Assembly (NCBI GenBank): GCA_951406725.2
Contig: OX597833.1
Coordinates: 23,002,001 to 23,066,000 of the forward strand
DNA length: 64,000 nt
Direction: 5' to 3'
DNA from: Octopus vulgaris
Lineage: Eukaryota
Shown here: piece by piece, positions 60,623-64,000 of the stretch
How positions within the stretch are numbered: the first letter of the stretch is position 1
Layout: each line of letters starts with the position of its first letter
Position numbers and translations under genes: made by a program
The notes under the pieces: model-generated
Databases searched by the model: none
The model's input: the letters and a program-made list of their open reading frames with translations, nothing else
Told to the model about the DNA's origin: nothing

Positions 60623-61081
60623 ATGCCGCTGCTCCCAGCCACTTCCTCAGCCACCCACATGGCCCCACACAGACGCCGCTTCCTCTCGCCCCTCTGCCTC
60701 TGGATGACACTCATCCTGTGCATTGCACTGCTGATGCAGCCAACCTTTGCACTGGAGGCACAGCACCAACAGCAGCAACCCGCTGATGGCATATTCAACA
60801 TGGAGAGGGACGTCGGGGCCCCACCACCGGCACCCGTGGCAGCCAGCATGCAGCTGAAACTCAACGACATCCAAAGTTACTTGAAGTCCCTCGACAAAAG
60901 CAAAAAGGGAGAGGCAAATCACGCAGCCACCACTACCGCCGCCACTGCATCTACCACCGCCGTTCATTGTGACCCCGTGTCATTAATGTGGGGTATTGGA
61001 GATACGACAGCCTACGTAGGACGCTTGTTTACCTATCCCTTACCAAATGATGTGTTCAAAGGAGACATAAAGTCATTCAAG
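60623..61081 (+). CDS. DAG1: Dystroglycan (DAG1-like), first coding exon (exon 60610-61081); gene continues beyond the window
   Basis: Polypyrimidine acceptor TTTCTCTTCCAG|G at 60609, ATG at 60623, hydrophobic signal peptide (LWMTLILCIALLMQPTFA), AASMQLKLNDI and WGIGDTTAYVGRLFTYPLPNDVFKGDIKSFK resembling vertebrate EASMHSVLSDL and [30 protein letters not shown] (recalled, not aligned); phase-0 donor AAG|GTATGT at 61081. Confidence 0.82.
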
Positions 61082-61284
61082 GTATGTACCCCATCTCTTG
61101 CACTTTTCATTTCTCTCGTTTTGCATTGCTTTTATATTGATTTCTGCTCCATCCCTTCAACCCCCACTGTTGTCCCTTTTTTTTAACCCTTTCGTATTTG
61201 GATTATTCTACCAAATGTGATACTTATTTATTCACATTTTTCTCTCTCTTCTTTACTCTACAATCTCATTTATGCATGATTGTT

Positions 61285-61555
61285 ACCAGCGTCACCTTAC
61301 TGGCACTTGTGCCGGTGGCATGTGTAAAAAGATTCGAGCGAGGTCGTTGCCAGTACCACCTGACTGGCCCCTGTGCCAGTGGCACGTAAAAACACCCACT
61401 ACACTCTCGGAGTGGTTGGTGTTAGGAAGGGCATCCAGCTGTAGAAACTCTGCCAAGTCAAGATTGAAGCCTGGTGCAGCCATTTGGTTCACGAGCCCTC
61501 AATCAAATCGTCCAACCCATGCCAGCATAGAAAGCGGACGTTAAACGATGATGAT
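61285..61555 (+). mobile_element. SINE family C (intronic)
   Basis: GTGCCGGTGGCA...GTTAGGAAGGGCATCCAGCTG...GGACGTTAAACGATGATGAT. Confidence 0.8.
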
Positions 61556-62564
61556 CCCCATTCCTTGCGAGTATCCCCTGGCACTTCACCCTCTCCCGCT
61601 CTTGCTACCTCCTACTCCCTTTGGTGGTGTAAGCTTATATCTCCTCCACAGCAACAAACCGGTTTCTGCCCTCATTCTTGATCACTCTCTCTCCAACCAT
61701 CGCTTGCCCTTACCTCTGCCTAGGTAGCCATGTACCTCCTTTACAAACAGCACACCTATTTCTGCCCTCCTTCTCTCTGGCCAGCTAACCATGTACCTCT
61801 TCTATAGCAAGACCTCTCTGTCACACTTTAAACCCAGCGTTTCTCAACCATAAGACCATGCGTTCTCATTATATATCTTATTTTTTATTGTTTTATGTGT
61901 TCCAGTCATTTGACTGTGGCCAAACTGGAGCACCACCTAGATAGATATGACGGGCTTTCAGTTTCTGTCTACCAAATCCACTTGCCCAAGGTGCCATGCA
62001 GTGTGACTGAACCCGGAGCCAAGTAGTTGGGACTGATCTGGGTCAATGCACTGACCCAGGTCAGTGACCTTTGTCTGAGGTAAACCTTCAGTGGTGTGGA
62101 GAGGGGTAGGGGAAAGTGAGGTTCATTAGTAATGTAGCCAGTCCCTCTGTGGAAGTTCCCGCCTCCCCCCAAATCCCTACCCCTGCCCCATGGGAAAGTG
62201 CGTGCATGTCTGGATAGGCACGGTCACCCTTCAGTGACAGGGGCCTGCTATGTTGTACGGTAGATAAGTTTGTGTGTCAGCGTAGCCTTGGGGAACATGT
62301 AGGAATAGAAAACTTCCACATGTCTCTTGTGAGTGTAACATAATAGCTATAGAGAAGTAATAACAATAATAACAATGGCTGGCGCTGCTCTCTCTCATTC
62401 CTTAATAATGATATGAAATGGAAAGAAACAACAATGTCAGTATGAAAATAAACTAAAAAGATGATGATGATGATGCAATGTTTGTGTTTACATCCACATT
62501 TGTGTGTGTATGTGTATTCACATGGAGTTTCATCCTATGGCCTGGTGTGTATATGTACTTGATT

Positions 62565-62594
<30 letters not shown>

Positions 62595-62595
<1 letters not shown>

Positions 62596-62750
62596 ACCGG
62601 AGTAAACACATAAATGTGAAACAAGGTGGAAAAAAGAGTACTCAAATACCAGTGGTAGAGTAATATGCTTTATTTAAATCAGCAGAAAATTCAACAAAAC
62701 CTGTTACTCTGAGTTTCACGTTGTCGTTCGTCGGACAGTTTTTGCTAGAA
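62595..62750 (-). mobile_element. Penelope-like repeat with hammerhead-like motif (62701-62738)
   Basis: Minus strand CTGT-CCGACGA-ACG-ACAA-CGT-GAA-ACTC-A-GAGT-A-ACAG; same family as 3686-3975. Confidence 0.55.
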
Positions 62751-62914
62751 TAGAACCGATATGTCAATTCTATCCAGACTAGTATAAACGCTACACCTTT
62801 AAAAATGGACTTTTTTGAGTGGTCCTTTACAAATAACGGTCAAATTTTCGAGCGATAAACAAAAATGAGCTCAAAAAAAAAATATATATATATATACATA
62901 TATAAAAATTGAAG

Positions 62915-63143
62915 ACGGCGAGCTGGCAGAAACGTTAGCACGCCGGGTGAAATGCGTAGCCGTATTTCGTCTGCCGTTACGTTCTGAGTTCAAATTCCGT
63001 CGAGGTCGACTTTACCTTTCATCCTTTCGGGGACGATAAATTAAGTACCAGTTACGCACTGGGGTCAATGTAATCGATTTAATCCCTTTGTCTGTCCTTG
63101 TTTGTCCTCTCTATGTTTAGCCCCTTGTGGGTAGTAAAGAAAT
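62915..63143 (+). mobile_element. SINE family A, full length
   Basis: High identity to other family A copies. Confidence 0.88.
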
Positions 63144-63486
63144 ATATATGTATATATATAAAAATTATAAAATTCGAGGAAAAAACCTTACATCAAATCT
63201 TTGGTTAAAATACATATTGTCATTAATAAAGGAAATATAATTAATACATGAAAATTGAAAATAAAATGTTAAAATGCATTAAAATATTACACAACAGTAC
63301 ATATTCATATTAAACTATACATATATACATCAAAATACACAGATAGATGTGCGCAGACCACATACATATACAGACGTATAAATACAAAGCTAAAATAAAC
63401 ACACAAATGCATGTACACATATGTATACGCAATCTAGCTCGCATGCAAAATCATTGTATCCATATAGACTACGATGTACACATTAC

Positions 63487-63523
<37 letters not shown>

Positions 63524-63708
63524 ATATATGTGTATGGTTATACAAGTGTATCTGATATTTTCTGTTAACCGTCGTCAGTCTGGGTACGAATGCAATTACT
63601 CTCTCACCCAAATGCTTGTTTTTTATGTCAGATCGTATCTAAAAACAATTTAATATGAAACTGGAGGATTATTTAGTACTTCAGTTGTATGTAATATATA
63701 TATATAAA

Positions 63709-63930
63709 GGCGGCGAGCTGGCAGAAAAGTTAGCATGTATTTCGTAGCCGTATTTCGTCTGCTGTTACGTTCCGAGTTCCAAATTCCGCCGAGGTCGACT
63801 TTGCCTTTCATCCTTTCGGGATAAAATTAAGTACCAGTTACGCACTGGTGTTCGATGTAATCGACTTAATCCGATTGTCTGTCCTTGTTTGTCCCCTCTG
63901 TGTATAGCCCCTTGTGGGTAGTAAAGAAAT
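63709..63930 (+). mobile_element. SINE family A
   Basis: GGCGGCGAGCTGGCAGAAA...GGTAGTAAAGAAAT. Confidence 0.85.
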
Positions 63931-64000
63931 ATATATATATATGCGTGTGTGTGTGTGTATGTAGTTGTGTATAAGTATGTATGTGTATATGTATTTGTAT

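Noticed and set aside
60554-61186. Full 210 aa ORF as the protein
   Set aside because: Both ends run into intron sequence beyond clear acceptor (60609) and donor (61082) sites

Overview
AT-rich, microsatellite-dense eukaryotic (animal) DNA. The SINE families and composition suggest a cephalopod (Octopus-like) genome, which is my inference. The dominant feature is a ~30.8 kb head-to-tail array (~8750-39530) of 38 near-identical ~600 bp units. Each unit is the 3' part (CCHC zinc knuckle plus PD-(D/E)xK restriction-like endonuclease) of an R4/Dong-clade non-LTR retrotransposon, and units are separated by variable (TAA)n(GAA)n spacers. Most units share the same two internal deletions, and the array shows 6-unit and 2-unit higher-order periodicity. 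The only host gene I can support is the first coding exon of a dystroglycan (DAG1-like) gene at 60610-61081 (+). The rest is a mosaic of SINEs, Tc1/mariner relics and a MITE, non-autonomous Helitrons, RTE and HERO-like LINE fragments, and several Penelope-like repeat families carrying minimal hammerhead-ribozyme folds. Most ORFs in the supplied track are microsatellite or antisense artefacts. Coordinates of diverged repeats are approximate.
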